A stretch of DNA of 64,000 bases from Bispira polyomma (Eukaryota): assembly GCA_965649765.1 (NCBI GenBank), contig OZ287752.1, forward strand, positions 35,898,001 to 35,962,000. Direction: 5' to 3'. The notes below the pieces were generated by a model, which was given only the letters and a program-made list of their open reading frames with translations, was not told where the DNA came from and ran no database searches. Positions within the stretch are counted from its first letter, which is position 1. Every line of letters starts with the position of its first letter. A program made the position numbers and the translations under genes. Of the stretch, positions 60,987-64,000 are shown one piece after another.

Positions 60987-61753
60987 CTACAAATCATAAG
61001 TTAATAATGTAATGTGAATACTAAACTAAAATGATATAATGTATACTATGTAAAGCACCAGTCTCAAATTGGCGGGATAATTTTTGGATAGTATCAAATA
61101 TACTGTTCTGTCTTTCATAACTGTAATTGTGTGTTTCAGCCCACTTGCAACTATTTCTGTGTATTCTTGTTTCACTACTGTTTCCACCAGTTTCCGACTA
61201 TTTCCGTTTTACTACTATAGGTCATAGTAGTAATAGTCTTTTCCCCTTTTTTCCGTCTGTAAAATGTATCACAAGTTTTAGAGGGTATATTTTACATAGA
61301 GGGAACAGCAGATTTATTAGGCAGAAAGATAAGTTACATTATCATATGCTACCTTATGGTAATCCTACCATACCGACAATGTGTGACCGGGGCTTAAGCT
61401 TGAGGACATACATAATGGTTAAAACTATCACATGACTATCATGTCAGTCTAAACGTAATAGCCATTGTTGATACATATTGTTTTTACATATTGTTGCTCA
61501 GTTGGTTAAGCATAACTTAAAATAGACTGTTATATTGACTTTATGTTATACACGTCATTAACATAAGTGTCATATAGTGGTTTATATAATATCAGTTTTA
61601 TTAATTACTTTAATATATCAGGATAACATGAAGCATATCCAAATTCAGAAATGTTGTTGATGCAAAGTTATACAGATATAGTCATACAAATATAAAAATT
61701 ATAGAATTAATTATGGTTATATAGTAATTAATATCTAAACTGCTCTAACTTAC

Positions 61754-61771
61754 CTTTGCAATATCACCCAT
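61754..61771 (-). CDS. Calmodulin-like gene, probable first coding exon (MGDIAK)
   Basis: ATG in frame with a consensus donor AAG|GTAAGT, phase 0 matching exon 2. Confidence 0.65.
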
Positions 61772-64000
61772 ATCTATAGTTTGATCTTTTTTTTACTCAA
61801 TGTTGAATAGAATTAATGTATCCAATCATATTTAGATTACTCCAGAGCACTATTAGAGTATACTCAACCACTGACTAAATTGAGCATTGATGAAAAAAAA
61901 GTTAAAGGAGCTATGGTCCACATTTTAAAGCTGGGTTGATCTCTATTGCATATATTACTTAACCTTATGATTTTTCCTCAGTAATAGGCCACTTAATGCA
62001 GACACATTCTTTGAGACAAATAAAAAAAAACATACTCGCTAGTCTTCTGCAAGTCTCTAAAGTATTGACGACATGATAAACCTTGATATCTAGTAGTTTA
62101 CATATTAACTTTTGAATCAGAGGCCAGTGTTTGTGAAGCAGCCACTGCTAGTTACTAGGCTACTGCAGCACAAAATATTCGAATATTCAGTATAACAATT
62201 ACCAGTCTGGCACATTTGTGCAGTTTCATACACCTAATAAATAAATGTTCAGTTATATGTGTCTTTGTGTAGTTTCATCAAAATAATTTTTACCTCTACC
62301 AAGGGAGTCATGTTTCGGCCTGGTTCTGTTGGTTGGTGAATTTGTATGTCAACATGATTATATAAAAAACTACTGAATCAACAACAATTTGCTAGAATAA
62401 CGGATTTTATTGGGTTTTACGTTAATTTCAACAGTTTAGGTCACATCTAACAACAGCTAGATTCAATGGTGGAAGAAACCAGCTGGAGCACCTTATACCA
62501 CCGACCTATGGCAATAGTACCTGGCACACTTTCCCACATAAAGGAACAAACATAATTTGGACCCACATTGGTGAGAGGGCCAGTGATGGTGAAGCAGGTA
62601 CTTCTAATCACTGGGTCACTTTGGTGAATTTGGTAGAGGGATACAGAATGGGCCAAGGAATAGTCAATCAAATGGTTGTCACTGTGATGGCTTGGCAGAG
62701 GTATGTGCCCCACTGATTGGTCTTTTTGGCTTCTTAATAAAAGAGTTTCTGGGTCTTATTCCTTGTTACAGGCTTAAAAAACATTTTCTCTTTTTTTTTG
62801 ACAGTGGTGGAGCATTAATATAATATCACTCTAAAGGTAAAATTTCGTAGAATGAAACTATCGGGGTATAAAGTTTGCATTTATGCAGTGTATAAAAGCT
62901 TAATTAGAACTTAAATTTAGCCTACGATGGAACAAATTGAGTAAAAATTTCAATACCCCTCGAAAACACCAAATCTAATAATTTATTTTTAAACCTGTGC
63001 CGTGGAAAGACTACTAAATATTTATATATAATAATAGTGTTGTGTTTAAGATATGTTATCTGATATATATATAATATTGAAGACATTCTGATTGCCTGTT
63101 TTAAAAACCAACACTGAATGAAATTTAAAAAAAAGTTGTAAGATACTTTATATATATGTGTAGGAAATTAATGTATTATTTTAATATTTAAATTGTTTTA
63201 TTAGTTTGGCATTTAAATAATATTATGAAACTGCTTCTTTTAGGGACCAAACTTATTCAAACTGCACACACATATTATATCATGTATTATTCTGAAAATC
63301 ATTTTGGACGAGTTGGATAGATAAAAAAATAGCTAAAATATAATGTCAAACAGTATTATAAACATCATTAAGGACAACTTACTCATAAATATACTCAACA
63401 TTCTTAACTTAGCATCGTACCCTTAAGTTCAGATAACTAATTTATGAGGAGACCACACTGTCTTAAATAGTTGTGTGTTTTTCTTTTTAACATTTGAACC
63501 CTACTGTATATTTGCTGTAATGCTAATCCTCTAATATTACATTGCCAGTGTCAGTAGTGTGCTTGTGAGAGATACTAATAAGACCGGCTTATATACTGTA
63601 CACGTCAGAAAGTGTCACTTGGAATTAAATTATCTAGTTCAGATAAATAGTTAAGACAGTGAAAATTAATTCCCAGTGGAAAAAAATGATATTAATACTT
63701 GTGTAAGAATGAAAATAATGACAAATTAATGCCAGTGAATTTCTCAAAAAATATGTAACTGAGTGAAATTTTCTTCCATCTAAATTTACCACTAATACAG
63801 CATATACCACAAAAATGTTCTAGACATAATTTTTAATATAAACATGTGACCAATCCATGACTCAAAACTATAAGGCGTTATTAAGTGTTCCAGTGTAAAG
63901 TGCTAAGAAATAAAAACACCTTTACATTTGTTTGTCCCATTTAAAATATCATTCACCTTTGTGACAAAACAGATTCCACGTTTTTACAGTAAGTAATTTA

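Overview
AT-rich animal genomic DNA (spliceosomal introns, SINE/LINE/MITE load; a lophotrochozoan such as a mollusc is my inference). Host genes: an intronless histamine-H2-like class A GPCR (23933-25048, +); a six-exon calmodulin-like gene reconstructed by hand (61771->52652, -, 156 aa, EF-hand 4 degenerate); and at least two in-phase exons of an unrecognised protein (47610-48035 and 50588-50925, +). Mobile DNA: three tyrosine-recombinase (DIRS-order, Ngaro-like) retrotransposons (A ~15.6-21.3 kb -, B ~31.8-35.0 kb +, C ~53.6-58.3 kb +, with C inside the last intron of the calmodulin-like gene), two decayed LINEs, a Harbinger transposase remnant, SINEs, MITEs and tandem repeats. The main finding is an apparent expression scheme in the YR elements. 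A phase-1 splice donor sits at the same Gly-Lys position in all three gag genes, and a phase-1 acceptor sits at the same position in front of the recombinase in the divergent elements A and C. Together these predict a spliced Gag(N-terminal)-tyrosine recombinase fusion with pol as the intron. Pol appears to be reached by a -1 frameshift (A_AAA_AAC plus hairpin) in B/C and across a single in-frame UAG in A. Everything was read by eye; no database searches were run, and element boundaries are approximate.
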